Source of the DNA: Spirochaetia bacterium
GTDB lineage: Bacteria > Spirochaetota > Spirochaetia > SP-2023
Assembly (NCBI GenBank): GCA_965225855.1
Contig: CBDDCK010000004.1
Location: 256,001 to 320,000, forward strand
Length of the DNA: 64,000 bases
Direction: 5' to 3'
The notes under the pieces were generated by a model. The model searched no databases, had not been told where the DNA came from, and was given only the letters and a program-made list of their open reading frames with translations. Of this stretch, positions 1 to 9,864 are shown one piece after another (within the stretch, counting starts at the first letter, position 1; every line of letters starts with the position of its first letter). The translations under genes and the position numbers were made by a program.

Positions 1-226
1 GGGCTTTTAACGAATTTGTGCTAGGGCTTGTATTTCTGTATTGCCTCTGATAAAATAAACAGATACTTCAGGTGATAAATTTTTAATCATATGTTCAAAA
101 AAGAAATCATCAAAATCCCACAAAAAGTACTTGCGGTTGGTTTCCAATCCCGAAAGAATATAATATGTGTACAGTAGCCTGTATATGGGTTTGCGAACTT
201 TTTTCTCTTTTTTAGGAGGTGTACTT

Positions 227-1051
227 ATGAATAAGTATACATTATTTGGGGCTAAGCCCACTAGGCCTATTATTTTGCCAATAATATTGTGCATATACTT
301 AACGGTCTCTTGCGACCCAGATGAGGATAAGTCTTCATCTAATAACACTCCAGCGCGTAGTGTATTACATTTATTGCAAAACCATACAACCCAATACGCT
401 AAATATCAAAAAGGTAAGGAGTACAAAAGTGCCGAGTGGGACGGCAATGTTTTGACAAGGTATAATGCGGATAAGACAGTAAGGTCCAAGGTCACCTATG
501 ACTATAGAGGAAGAATTACAAAGTATGTATATACCTTAAGTGGTTCTCAAATTACAGATGAGCATCGTTACGAAGGCGATGGCAATGCTTTTACTTTCTA
601 TGATAGAATATTTTTAACCAGAAACGGTGGCAAGGAATATAGATATGCAAAGCGTCAAGGCAATGTCGTGCGAACTTATGATGATAAGGGCAACACGGCT
701 TCTACTACTACCTTTGATTCTAAGGGTAGATTCCAAAGGCAAGTATATGGTTCTACTAGCTATACTTATCGCAGTGTAGGTGATGGCCCTGAGATTGCCG
801 CCATTGTATCTAAAGACTACCACTATTTAGGGCAATTAAAATTTAAATTTACTACCCAATACATTAAGGAAGGTAGTAAAAAAGAATGGAAAGTATATGA
901 ATGGATAAAGGAAAAGGGGCAAGATGTACTTGTTAGACACGGCTATGGTAAAAAGACCTACTATTACTATGACGCTAAAGCAAGAGTGGTAGAGGAGGTT
1001 GAGGTAGAAATTGATGATTCTTTAATTACCACTACCTACCGTTATGAGTAA
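227..1051 (+). CDS. Surface lipoprotein with Tyr/Gly/Asp-rich YD-like beta repeats
   Basis: AGGAGGT RBS before ATG 227; hydrophobic signal ending LTVS-C; internal repeats (TRYNADK..TYDYRGR / RTYDDKG..TFDSKGR). Confidence 0.7.
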   Translation: MNKYTLFGAKPTRPIILPIILCIYLTVSCDPDEDKSSSNNTPARSVLHLLQNHTTQYAKYQKGKEYKSAEWDGNVLTRYNADKTVRSKVTYDYRGRITKYVYTLSGSQITDEHRYEGDGNAFTFYDRIFLTRNGGKEYRYAKRQGNVVRTYDDKGNTASTTTFDSKGRFQRQVYGSTSYTYRSVGDGPEIAAIVSKDYHYLGQLKFKFTTQYIKEGSKKEWKVYEWIKEKGQDVLVRHGYGKKTYYYYDAKARVVEEVEVEIDDSLITTTYRYE

Positions 1052-1144
1052 GCGTTGGTAGCATTACTTTGGCATTGATGTTAATGATTAAAACAATTTA
1101 ACTTCCTTTAGGGAGTTTAAAAATTATAATGAAAGGAGAATCTT

Positions 1145-1366
1145 ATGGCAGTTATCAGTGAGTTCATAAAGTCAAATAAGTTGCCCGGTATACCTCAAAC
1201 TAATGTTAAGGCAGAATATTGCTTTGATGAGTCCACTTTTCGGCTGCGTACTTATAAAAGTGGTGATACCAGACGGGAAGAAGGTAGCAAACAAAATATC
1301 CAGTTAAGTAAGCCTATGGCTAAAGAATTAGTGCAAATACTCCAAGAGTTTATTGCTAAGACTTAA
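1145..1366 (+). CDS. Small conserved hypothetical protein, possibly PC4/Whirly-like nucleic-acid-binding fold
   Basis: AAAGGAG RBS; FRLRTY...SKQNIQL...AKELVQIL pattern (beta strands then C-terminal helix). Confidence 0.55.
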   Translation: MAVISEFIKSNKLPGIPQTNVKAEYCFDESTFRLRTYKSGDTRREEGSKQNIQLSKPMAKELVQILQEFIAKT

Positions 1367-1420
1367 CAAAAATTATTTGCTATAACTTTTGGCTTTAACT
1401 ATTGGGCAGTAAGGCAAAAA

Positions 1421-1450
1421 GGTAGGTAAAGGGGTTGCCCCTTACCTACC
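1421..1450. terminator. Probable bidirectional intrinsic terminator
   Basis: GGTAGGTAA(A)GGGG-TTG-CCCCTTACCTACC hairpin flanked by A5 and T3, between convergent genes. Confidence 0.75.
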
Positions 1451-1534
1451 TTTGGGAGTTGTGTTTTAGACAAGCAACTAAAGCCAACTATTTGGCTTTT
1501 GCCGTTTTTATTAAAGTGTTAATTTAAAAAATAG

Positions 1535-1966
1535 TTAGCTTGGCTCTGGTTCTAAAACCAGCTTAACCCCGCGTATTTCACGAATGATGCCGTAGCAACC
1601 TTGGTTTATGGAGCAACCTTCCACGGTAATTGCGCTCCATATTTGGCTGTTGATTTTGGCTTGGCCTAATTCAAAACAATTGATATTGCTTATGGCCAAA
1701 GCGCGCGCTCCAATTAGCGCAGCTATATTGGTTGACTGCGTTGCTTTATGGAGTATGCGCACAGAAAGAGGACGCAGCAAAAATATGCACAATAGAGAAA
1801 TAGCACTGAAACATACAATTTGCCAAGTAAACGATAATTGGAAACGTTCTGCAACTAAACCTGCCAAAGACCCTACTGCTAACCAGATGGTAAGAAAGCT
1901 TTGTGATAAGCCTTCTCCTATCAAAAAAATAACGAGCAAGGCCACCCATATTAGCCATGATTCCAT
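1535..1966 (-). CDS. NfeD family membrane protein
   Basis: N-terminal TM helices, C-terminal OB-like GQAKINSQIWSA...IRGVKLVLEP; adjacent to an SPFH gene. Confidence 0.88.
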   Translation of the reverse strand: MESWLIWVALLVIFLIGEGLSQSFLTIWLAVGSLAGLVAERFQLSFTWQIVCFSAISLLCIFLLRPLSVRILHKATQSTNIAALIGARALAISNINCFELGQAKINSQIWSAITVEGCSINQGCYGIIREIRGVKLVLEPEPS

Positions 1967-1972
1967 TTGGTA

Positions 1973-2860
1973 TTATTGACTCAATTCTTTTAATGACACA
2001 GCCCAAGCTGATAAATCTTTCATATCTGCAGGCACCACAATTTTCGTGGCCTGGCCTTCGGCTAAATTGCCAATGGCTTCTAAACTTTTTAATGCCAAAT
2101 ATGCTTGATCCGGCCCTGCTTGTTTTATCAAACCAATAGCTGCTGCAGTAGCTTCCTGAATGCGCAACAACGCTTGGGACTCGCCTTCAGCTCGGCGAAT
2201 TTGGGCTTCTTTATCTGCCTCTGCTTGTAAAATGATGGCTTTATTCTTGCCTTCGGCTTCTAAAATAGATGCGGTCTTTTGGCCTTCAGCCCGCAAAATT
2301 TGTTCCCGCCGCTCGCGTTCAGCCCGCATTTGTTTTTCCATCGCATTTTGAATATCTTCCGGCGGCAAAATATTTTTGACTTCTACGCGGTTGACTTTTA
2401 TACCCCAGGGGTCTGTAGCTTCATCTAAAATATTGCGCATTTGAGTATTGATAATGTCTCGCGAGCTAAGGGTATCATCCAGCTCCAATTGGCCAATAAT
2501 ATTGCGCAAAGTAGTTGCACAAAGATTTTCCAGCGCAGCACTTGGGTTGGAGACCCCGTAGACAAATAATTTGGGGTCGGTAATTTGGTAATAAATTACT
2601 GTATCTATTTGCATGGTAACATTATCTTTGGTAATTACCGCTTGCGGTTCAAAGTCAACAACATGTTCCTTTAGTGAAACGGTGGCCACAATGCGGTCTA
2701 TCAAAGGCAACTTTAAATGCAGGCCTTGTTCCCAATTGCATAGGTAGGAGCCCAAACGTTCCAGCACATAGGCATTGGATTGCGAGACGATTCGTATATT
2801 AAAAAAGACTAAAACTAATACGATGACAATCAAAACAATAATTAAAATATCCACAAGCAA
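1973..2860 (-). CDS. SPFH/stomatin-like (paraslipin/QmcA-type) protein
   Basis: ERLG, VITKDNV, TTLRNIIG, DEATDPWGIKVNRVEVKNI, AMEKQMRAERERR motifs. Confidence 0.93.
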   Translation of the reverse strand: MLVDILIIVLIVIVLVLVFFNIRIVSQSNAYVLERLGSYLCNWEQGLHLKLPLIDRIVATVSLKEHVVDFEPQAVITKDNVTMQIDTVIYYQITDPKLFVYGVSNPSAALENLCATTLRNIIGQLELDDTLSSRDIINTQMRNILDEATDPWGIKVNRVEVKNILPPEDIQNAMEKQMRAERERREQILRAEGQKTASILEAEGKNKAIILQAEADKEAQIRRAEGESQALLRIQEATAAAIGLIKQAGPDQAYLALKSLEAIGNLAEGQATKIVVPADMKDLSAWAVSLKELSQ

Positions 2861-2917
2861 TACTTTTCGAGTTCCTTAAATTTAGAAATGAGACTTTATT
2901 AGATAATCGATTTAGTG

Positions 2918-3560
2918 TCAAGAGACAAAAGAAACTAGTTTTTTATTTTTGCGCGTTGTTTGGCTAGCCCCAACATATAAGCTATAGTCTAAATACCAAG
3001 GGCCTTCTTTTGTGCGTTGTCGTAAACTAAAAGGTCTGCGTTTATTGGTTTGTATAATTTCTATTTTCGTTTCTGTATTTTGTTGCGAGAGTTGTTTGAG
3101 TAATTTTTGCTCTTTTGGGCTAAGCGGATAATTCCTTGGCCATACTGCGGTAATAACAGGATAAGTATCGTGATGCTTTGTTTTACGGTAAGAATTGAGT
3201 AGGTAGCTGCTTTGAGGCAGAAATAATTTTAAGTCGCTCACTTTATTCATCGTAATAAAATGGGGTAACTGCCAATTTCCATAGGGCGTGTAGCCGGTAT
3301 AGCTGTGCGGATCACGGCTAAAATATACCGCCCAAGATTTGGCAGAATTATAATTGCAGCCATTTTTGGCAAAAACCGCTAGCAGCTCTAGCAGCTTTTG
3401 GGAAAATTTTACGTGAACGGTAGTACTTGTGCTGGGCTTTGGGTCTACCGGGGGGTTGCATGTTCGCTAAATGGGCTGCTATAACAAGCACTAATAGTAA
3501 GACAAACAAAGAAAATACCCAAAACCGAACCAGAATCCAAAAAATACGAAGATGATTCAC
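2918..3560 (-). pseudogene. Membrane-anchored hypothetical protein split by a frameshift in a C6 run
   Basis: 70-aa ORF with TM anchor; the downstream frame is open 3466-2918; removing one C at 3450-3455 fuses them (..NMQPP-VDPKPSTS..). Confidence 0.55.
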
Positions 3561-3677
3561 ACGGTGCCAATAATATTGAAAAGTTTGCCAATTCCGAAAC
3601 AGCCAAAAGTATTTTTTATTTGTTTTAAATGCTCTTCCCTTACAAGGGTAGAGCTACGGTATAATCTGCGTTCATTG

Positions 3678-5633
3678 ATGAACTTTTCTAACCGTATATT
3701 GATTTTTTATACCATTGTTGCCGTTTTTTTTAGCGGAGTTGTTTTGGTTAAATTTGGCGAGCTAATGCTCAGCCCAAAAGGGCCGGGAAATACCACGGTA
3801 AAGTCTAAGTCAATCGTTGTGCGTGGCTCGATTTTTGACCGTAACGGTAAACTATTAGCAAACCAAATTAAACGCCATTCGTTAGATGTATGGCTTCCCA
3901 GTGTGCGTGATTTAACGCTTAGTGCCCAAATTATTGCTCCCATTTTAAAACTAGATGTTGAAATATTGTATCAACGACTTATTAATTCTAGGCGCAATTA
4001 TATGTGGATCAAACGCTTTCTCAGCGAAACAGAGGCTGAAGCATTGAGCAAATACATAGATCGTGGTGAATTGCCGGGTTTTAAATTGCGTGAAGAATAT
4101 AAACGCTATTACCCGCTTGGTGAATTAGCCTCCCATTTAATCGGTTTTACCAATATAGATAATGTGGGTTTAAATGGTGTTGAGCTTAGTTTGGAAAGTT
4201 GGCTCAACCCCAAAAATGTTTCGTATAATAGCAACCAAAATATTCAGTATGGCAATCAAGTCTACCTTTCGATCGATATTGATACCCAGTATATCATTGA
4301 TAAAATTGCCCGTAAGACCATGATTTTTACGAAAGCTGATAGTTTGGTGGCAATATTGATGGATGCACGGAGTGGCTCTTTGGTGGCCTTTGTTAGCTTA
4401 CCTGAATACGACCCAAACTTGTTTAACCACTATTCCGAGGAAATTTTGCGCAATCAAGCGATTAGCACGGCTTATGAGCCCGGCTCGGTATTTAAAATTT
4501 ATATCATGGCTATAGTACTTGACGAAAAAATTATTGACATTAACCATATTTTTGATATAGGCACAATTTACAATCCACCTATATTCCAGCGCAAAAAAAT
4601 ACAACCCATTCGCGATGTTACATCACACGGGGCCCTATCGGCTACCGAAGTTTTGATTTATTCGAGCAATGTGGGTATGGCTGTGGCTGTTGAAAATATT
4701 AGCAAAGATTTGCTATACTACAAATTGCGTTTGTTTGGTTTTGGTAAAATTACCGGTGTCCAGTTGCCCGGTGAATCCAACGGTATTTTAAAACAGCCTT
4801 CAAGTTGGTCCCTTCGCTCAAAACCAACGATTGCGTTTGGCCAGGAAATTGGTGTTTCGGCAATACAAATGGTATCGGCAGCAACGGTATTTACCAATGG
4901 GGGGCTATTGCTTTCTCCCATTATTATTGATCGTATCGAAGAGTCGAATGGTAATGTTCGCCTACAAAATACTCGCCAGCCAAAATATGAAGTGATTTCT
5001 CCGATTACAGCGAAAAATATGCTGCTAATGATGGAGCAAGTTGTAGCTTCTGATTTGGGCACGATGCGCGGTTCTCGTGTTGAGGGTTTGCGTATTTCTG
5101 GCAAATCGGGGACGGCCCAAGTATATAACCCTAAATCTGGTAAATATTATCCAGAACGTGTCAATAGCTCTGCTATTGCAATTTTCCCAACCGATGACCC
5201 GCGATTTGTTCTTTATATTAATATTTTTAATCCGAAAAGTTTGGTGCGTTATGGTGGCCGTTTGGTTTCTCCAATGGTGTCAGAGGCGATTAGTGATTTG
5301 ACCACTCATTATAATTTGCCACTCAAAGGCAATCGTATTGCGTACTTTAATGAAGATGTTTCGGTTTTGATCGAAGAGCAATTGGAAAAGCGATTGGTGC
5401 AGAAAAAATTAGCACAGGATTTAACAAAATTACCGAATCTGAAGGGTTTATCAAAACGCAAGTTATTACCGCTGCTGCGCATTCCCGGCTTGCATGTGGA
5501 AATTATTGGGGAGGGGCATGTGGTGCGCCAAAGCTTGCCTCCAGGTACAGAGTTACCGGGCAGGGAATTACCTCAAATAAAAGCAGGGGCGGAAAATGCA
5601 AGTCCCTTGTTATTAAAAATTTGGTTGCAATAA
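3678..5633 (+). CDS. Class B penicillin-binding protein (FtsI-like) with C-terminal PASTA-like domain
   Basis: RGSIFDRNG, YEPGSVFK (SxxK), SSN (SxN), KSGTAQ (KS/TG); start chosen at ATG 3678 before the TM helix. Confidence 0.9.
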   Translation: MNFSNRILIFYTIVAVFFSGVVLVKFGELMLSPKGPGNTTVKSKSIVVRGSIFDRNGKLLANQIKRHSLDVWLPSVRDLTLSAQIIAPILKLDVEILYQRLINSRRNYMWIKRFLSETEAEALSKYIDRGELPGFKLREEYKRYYPLGELASHLIGFTNIDNVGLNGVELSLESWLNPKNVSYNSNQNIQYGNQVYLSIDIDTQYIIDKIARKTMIFTKADSLVAILMDARSGSLVAFVSLPEYDPNLFNHYSEEILRNQAISTAYEPGSVFKIYIMAIVLDEKIIDINHIFDIGTIYNPPIFQRKKIQPIRDVTSHGALSATEVLIYSSNVGMAVAVENISKDLLYYKLRLFGFGKITGVQLPGESNGILKQPSSWSLRSKPTIAFGQEIGVSAIQMVSAATVFTNGGLLLSPIIIDRIEESNGNVRLQNTRQPKYEVISPITAKNMLLMMEQVVASDLGTMRGSRVEGLRISGKSGTAQVYNPKSGKYYPERVNSSAIAIFPTDDPRFVLYINIFNPKSLVRYGGRLVSPMVSEAISDLTTHYNLPLKGNRIAYFNEDVSVLIEEQLEKRLVQKKLAQDLTKLPNLKGLSKRKLLPLLRIPGLHVEIIGEGHVVRQSLPPGTELPGRELPQIKAGAENASPLLLKIWLQ

Positions 5634-5642
5634 TTTTGAATA

Positions 5643-7667
5643 TTGGAATTTATGGCAAATGCTTTTTCTACCTCGGTTAGTGTTTCTTCTACTGCTGTTT
5701 CACCTGATTGGCAATCTGAAGTGTTTCTAGCCAATTTCGAGCACAATTGTAAGGTCTTGCGTCCTAGGGCCCCTGAATTAGTGCAACAGTTGAAAGCATG
5801 CCCTTTCCCGCCTTCTGCTTCTGGGTCTAATTCTAGCCAAAATACTCAAGCTTCTACAGTCACCAGCCCAGCGGATTTGATGGCTGTAGAAGCAGCATCG
5901 ATTAGCGTGCAGCTTAGCCGAGACGGCCATTGGGTGCTGCACTTTCAAAATAAGCCTTTATATTCGCGCTACAGACCTATTGAAGAATGTAAAAAATGGA
6001 TTGGCAAAGATTTACATAAAGATACCAATTCGGCAATTTTTGCGGGTTTTGGCTTGGGTTATCAAATTGATGAATTTTTAAGCTGCCGTTCTAAGGCGTT
6101 GATTTTGGTTGTTGAATCCAGCTATGCTTTATTCAAAGCTGCATTGTGTTTGCGGCCACTGGAGCACTTATTGGGCAATCCGAAATTTTTTTGTTCGGTT
6201 GGGCCAGCGGCTAATTTGGAATTATACTTACATCACTTTTCCGAACGCAATTTCCAATTTTATCAGTTGCAGAGTTTGTTTCGTTTTCAAAGTAGTTTTT
6301 ATCAACCATTACAACGCCGCATCTTTAGTTTGCTCAGCCGTTTCCGTATCAACACCAATACGCTAAATCGTTTTGGTCAGCTTTGGGTAAAAAATATTGC
6401 TATGAATTTAAGTTCGGCAGCCAATGCAGCAGATGCAGGTTTTTTTTATCGGCGTTTTGAAGGGTTGCCTTTTTTGCTTCTTGCTGCAGGGCCATCGCTG
6501 GAAAGTTTGCTTACTATTTTGTCGCAATTGCGCGAGCGCTTTGTTTTATTGGTAGTCGATACCGCCCTTAGTGTAATTTTACAACAGGGTATTCAGCCAG
6601 ACTTTGTGATCAGCGTGGATCCACAATTATTAAATGCCCGGCATTTTGATTTTTGTGAAGCACCCAATTCTATTTTAGTTTCAGAATCATGTATTTATCC
6701 TTCCATTTTTGAGCATCGCTGGCGTTTTCATGCTTTATTTCATTCTAGCTTTCCTTTAATGGCTAGGTTAGAAGGGGCTTTGAAAACGGTTTCGGCTAAG
6801 TCACAATTGGCCCAAATTCGCAGTGGGGGGTCGGTGGCTACGGCAGCGTGGGATTTTGCCCGAAACTGTAAAGCTTCAGCTTTATATATTGCAGGCTTAG
6901 ACCTTTCTTATCCTACTTTGCGTTCCCATTGTTTGGGAACCATGTCACAACGCCAAAGCTTGATTCGTGGTAAACGCTTGCAACCAGTAGAACATTTGAA
7001 TTGGCGGGTTACGGTTTCTGCTGGAGTTGAGCGGGTTTATTCTTGGCAAGGGCTTACAGTGCTTAGCGATAAGCGTATGAATGTCTATCGCAATTGGCTT
7101 GAAGAGAGTTTGAACAATATTTCTGCGAATATGCCAGCTTGGCCCAATTATATTATTGACGGCTGTGCTGGCCGTGCTGCTCAAATTACAGGCATGAAGT
7201 TAATTCTTGTCGAGCAAGCTTTAAATGAAACAAAGTGCCGCAAGCAAATTAACCAACGCTTAGAAGCAATTCTTAAGCCTTTGGAAGCATTGGAGCCGCA
7301 AGGGCAGTGTGTTCTGTTGCTCAATGGTATTACCAATTTGCTTGGTGAAATTCGCGATATTTATCACTGGAGTGCAGAATTATTGATTTTGTTTTGTTAC
7401 AACCGGCGCAGTAACAGCCAAGAAAAGCGTTTGCGTGAACTACAGAATAATATTTCTCAATCGCCGAGTCGCAATATTGTTAGCTTCTTTTTTACCGATA
7501 CGCTCTCCCAAATTGTTGGACGCAGCCCCGAGCAAGAAGAGTCTAGTCAGTTAGAGCGCGACCGCCTAAAAATTTACCAACGTTTTTATCTAGCTAGTAA
7601 ATTCCATCTATATTGGTTAGAACATGCCCGGCGACAAGTGCTTGGTTTGTTAGAAGAATCTGAATAG
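5643..7667 (+). CDS. Motility-associated factor (Maf/DUF115, MptE-like) glycosyltransferase-like protein
   Basis: LYSRYRP, GFGLGY, AAGPSL, VDTAL, PDFVISVDPQ, GGSVAT, GLDLSY motifs. Confidence 0.82.
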   Translation: MEFMANAFSTSVSVSSTAVSPDWQSEVFLANFEHNCKVLRPRAPELVQQLKACPFPPSASGSNSSQNTQASTVTSPADLMAVEAASISVQLSRDGHWVLHFQNKPLYSRYRPIEECKKWIGKDLHKDTNSAIFAGFGLGYQIDEFLSCRSKALILVVESSYALFKAALCLRPLEHLLGNPKFFCSVGPAANLELYLHHFSERNFQFYQLQSLFRFQSSFYQPLQRRIFSLLSRFRINTNTLNRFGQLWVKNIAMNLSSAANAADAGFFYRRFEGLPFLLLAAGPSLESLLTILSQLRERFVLLVVDTALSVILQQGIQPDFVISVDPQLLNARHFDFCEAPNSILVSESCIYPSIFEHRWRFHALFHSSFPLMARLEGALKTVSAKSQLAQIRSGGSVATAAWDFARNCKASALYIAGLDLSYPTLRSHCLGTMSQRQSLIRGKRLQPVEHLNWRVTVSAGVERVYSWQGLTVLSDKRMNVYRNWLEESLNNISANMPAWPNYIIDGCAGRAAQITGMKLILVEQALNETKCRKQINQRLEAILKPLEALEPQGQCVLLLNGITNLLGEIRDIYHWSAELLILFCYNRRSNSQEKRLRELQNNISQSPSRNIVSFFFTDTLSQIVGRSPEQEESSQLERDRLKIYQRFYLASKFHLYWLEHARRQVLGLLEESE

Positions 7668-7745
7668 TGCTTGTTCTATTACATAAAAACTCATTAAATT
7701 AGTTGCTTGTTCGCACAATAAATCATTTAAAATGGGAAAAATCAA

Positions 7746-8405
7746 TCATTGCCTAGGTCTGCGAATCTCTTCAAGAAAAGAATATAAAGCATTCTTGGAT
7801 ATATCATAGTAAGCACAAACTTGTTCATTAGATTTTTTTATCAAGAACACACCGCGCTCATCGAGATAGCGAATACCTGTATACTTTTCTTCTTTGTTCA
7901 TCAGGGAGCTTGGCTTGCCCACATAGTCCATAGATTCTTGAATTAAATCCGTTAACAGCGAACCTATATCGCTAGCAAAAAATTCTTTCGTTTTGGACTC
8001 TACATGTACAGGATTGAGACCCATTAAACTACGAAGGCTGTTCTCTGCAATTAAAAGCTGGGAAATATCCAGATTGATACACAAAGAGCCAATTATCTGT
8101 TCGTTGGAATTCCTAAAATAAACGGAAGAGCTGCGCAGAGTTTTGCCGGTTGCGGTTTTCGTTATATAGTTAATCTCATCACCGCTTTCTGGTACCAGAT
8201 TGCGCAAAAATTCCAAGCCTTTGTTGGTGCTGGGATCACCGACTTTTCTTCCAGTTATATGGCCGTTGCGAATGGTAATAATACTGTGTTCATATGGCAT
8301 ACCTTTAAGATCATGCAAGACGATTTCGCAGGAATCCCCAAGAGTTCCCGCCAGAGCGTCCATAATTTTGTCGAAGACATCTCGTAATTCTGCTATGTTT
8401 TCCAT
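7746..8405 (-). CDS. YheO/DauR-like PAS + HTH transcriptional regulator
   Basis: CEIVLHDL, NGHITGRKVG, LRSSS, LCINLD, LDERGVF. Confidence 0.9.
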   Translation of the reverse strand: MENIAELRDVFDKIMDALAGTLGDSCEIVLHDLKGMPYEHSIITIRNGHITGRKVGDPSTNKGLEFLRNLVPESGDEINYITKTATGKTLRSSSVYFRNSNEQIIGSLCINLDISQLLIAENSLRSLMGLNPVHVESKTKEFFASDIGSLLTDLIQESMDYVGKPSSLMNKEEKYTGIRYLDERGVFLIKKSNEQVCAYYDISKNALYSFLEEIRRPRQ

Positions 8406-8582
8406 ATTATCTCACCTATGACTTTCCCGATTTTATGATAGCCTTTTTCTCAAAAACATTTTCAAGCTCTATCCCAATCCCTACTTAGCAATTCATTAAG
8501 CTAGGTAATTAACACTAAAAATAGAGAAATACAATTTTATTGGGCTCACTAATAAAATTGTATTTCTCTATAACAAGCTTGC

Positions 8583-9851
8583 CTATAGAGCTTTTTCCAG
8601 CTCTTGTTGCAATTGGCGCAAGACATAATCAATCGGTTTATCATCGAGTATGAGGCTTTGCAAAGCGTTGATTACAGAAGCTTGATAAGCTATAAAATCA
8701 CGGAATTTAGGCTCTCCTTTACTGTCATTTAAAACGCTGATAAAAGACTGGTAATAAGGGTCTGAAGCATATAGTTTCTGTGAATCTGCATCATTGCGAA
8801 TCATTAGCAAACCATCAGACTGTTCATAAGGGAATTGAAATTCCGGGCTGATGAGAATCCGCCCAAACTCTGCCCCCATATCGGGATTTTTTGAATCTTT
8901 AAAAACTACCAGACTGTCCACCAAAACTTGAATAGCCGAAACTCCTAAACTACCATGAGGCAGCTCGGTCAACTTCCAATTGACTTGATTGATAACATCA
9001 CGATTTCGGGTGCCCGTGTTAACAATGAACATACCGACTTGAGCATTGCCAAAAATTGCCCGAAAATCCCTTTGTTGATAAGCCGCCATTCCGGGCACGG
9101 AAAATGGTTTTAGTTGCTGGAATAACTCCAAAACCTCCCACAAGTTCGGGTTATTTTCTACATAGACGGCATTATCTTTAATCAGAGTACCACCGTTAGC
9201 ATAGAGAAAATTGATTAAATTAAAAACCACGGTGTCATCACCTGTTTTGAGAGCCATGCCATAACCGGGAATACCCGTACTTTCTTGAATCGCCTGCGCG
9301 ATACGCACTAAATCCGAAAAGGTTTTCGGTGGGGTTTCTATTCCGGCCTGAACCAATAAATCTTCATTGTACAGCAAAGCCCGGGAACTCATCGCTCTGG
9401 GGAAACCCCAATATTCAGTACTATACTTTACGGCATCGAGAACAGAGCGAAAAAAGCTATTTTCATCTGCAAAGGTTATTGGGACCAGTAAATCTTGAGA
9501 CACAAATTGGGGAATAGTGCGAGAACCGACTTGGGCTATCTCAGGCGCATTGCCAGCGGCCACATCTTGCATTACCTGCTGCTGGGAAACAGACCAGGGT
9601 AAAGTCTCTGCTTGGACCTTAAAGTTCGGAAATTGCTCTTCAAAGGCGGCAATAGCTTCATTCGTCATGGCATTCAGTTTATCACCACTCTGAACATAAC
9701 GAATAGTCTGTATCTCCGGTTGCTTTTGCTTGGGTGCACAGGCCATTGCCAAAGCTGCGAAAATAGTTAGGATATAAACTAATACTTTCTGCCATAGTTT
9801 CTGAATATTGGGCACAACAGCTATTTTCAGATTAAATTTTAGGATATTCAT
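8583..9851 (-). CDS. Carbohydrate ABC transporter substrate-binding lipoprotein
   Basis: LAMA-C lipobox; AGNAPEI, LLYNEDL, PKTFSDL SBP motifs. Confidence 0.85.
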   Translation of the reverse strand: MNILKFNLKIAVVPNIQKLWQKVLVYILTIFAALAMACAPKQKQPEIQTIRYVQSGDKLNAMTNEAIAAFEEQFPNFKVQAETLPWSVSQQQVMQDVAAGNAPEIAQVGSRTIPQFVSQDLLVPITFADENSFFRSVLDAVKYSTEYWGFPRAMSSRALLYNEDLLVQAGIETPPKTFSDLVRIAQAIQESTGIPGYGMALKTGDDTVVFNLINFLYANGGTLIKDNAVYVENNPNLWEVLELFQQLKPFSVPGMAAYQQRDFRAIFGNAQVGMFIVNTGTRNRDVINQVNWKLTELPHGSLGVSAIQVLVDSLVVFKDSKNPDMGAEFGRILISPEFQFPYEQSDGLLMIRNDADSQKLYASDPYYQSFISVLNDSKGEPKFRDFIAYQASVINALQSLILDDKPIDYVLRQLQQELEKAL

Positions 9852-9864
9852 AGTAAACCTCCTG

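Noticed and set aside
7..348. 113-aa minus-strand ORF
   Set aside because: Overlaps the lipoprotein gene and its leader on the opposite strand, no RBS or motif; the 3' part could be a remnant but cannot be supported
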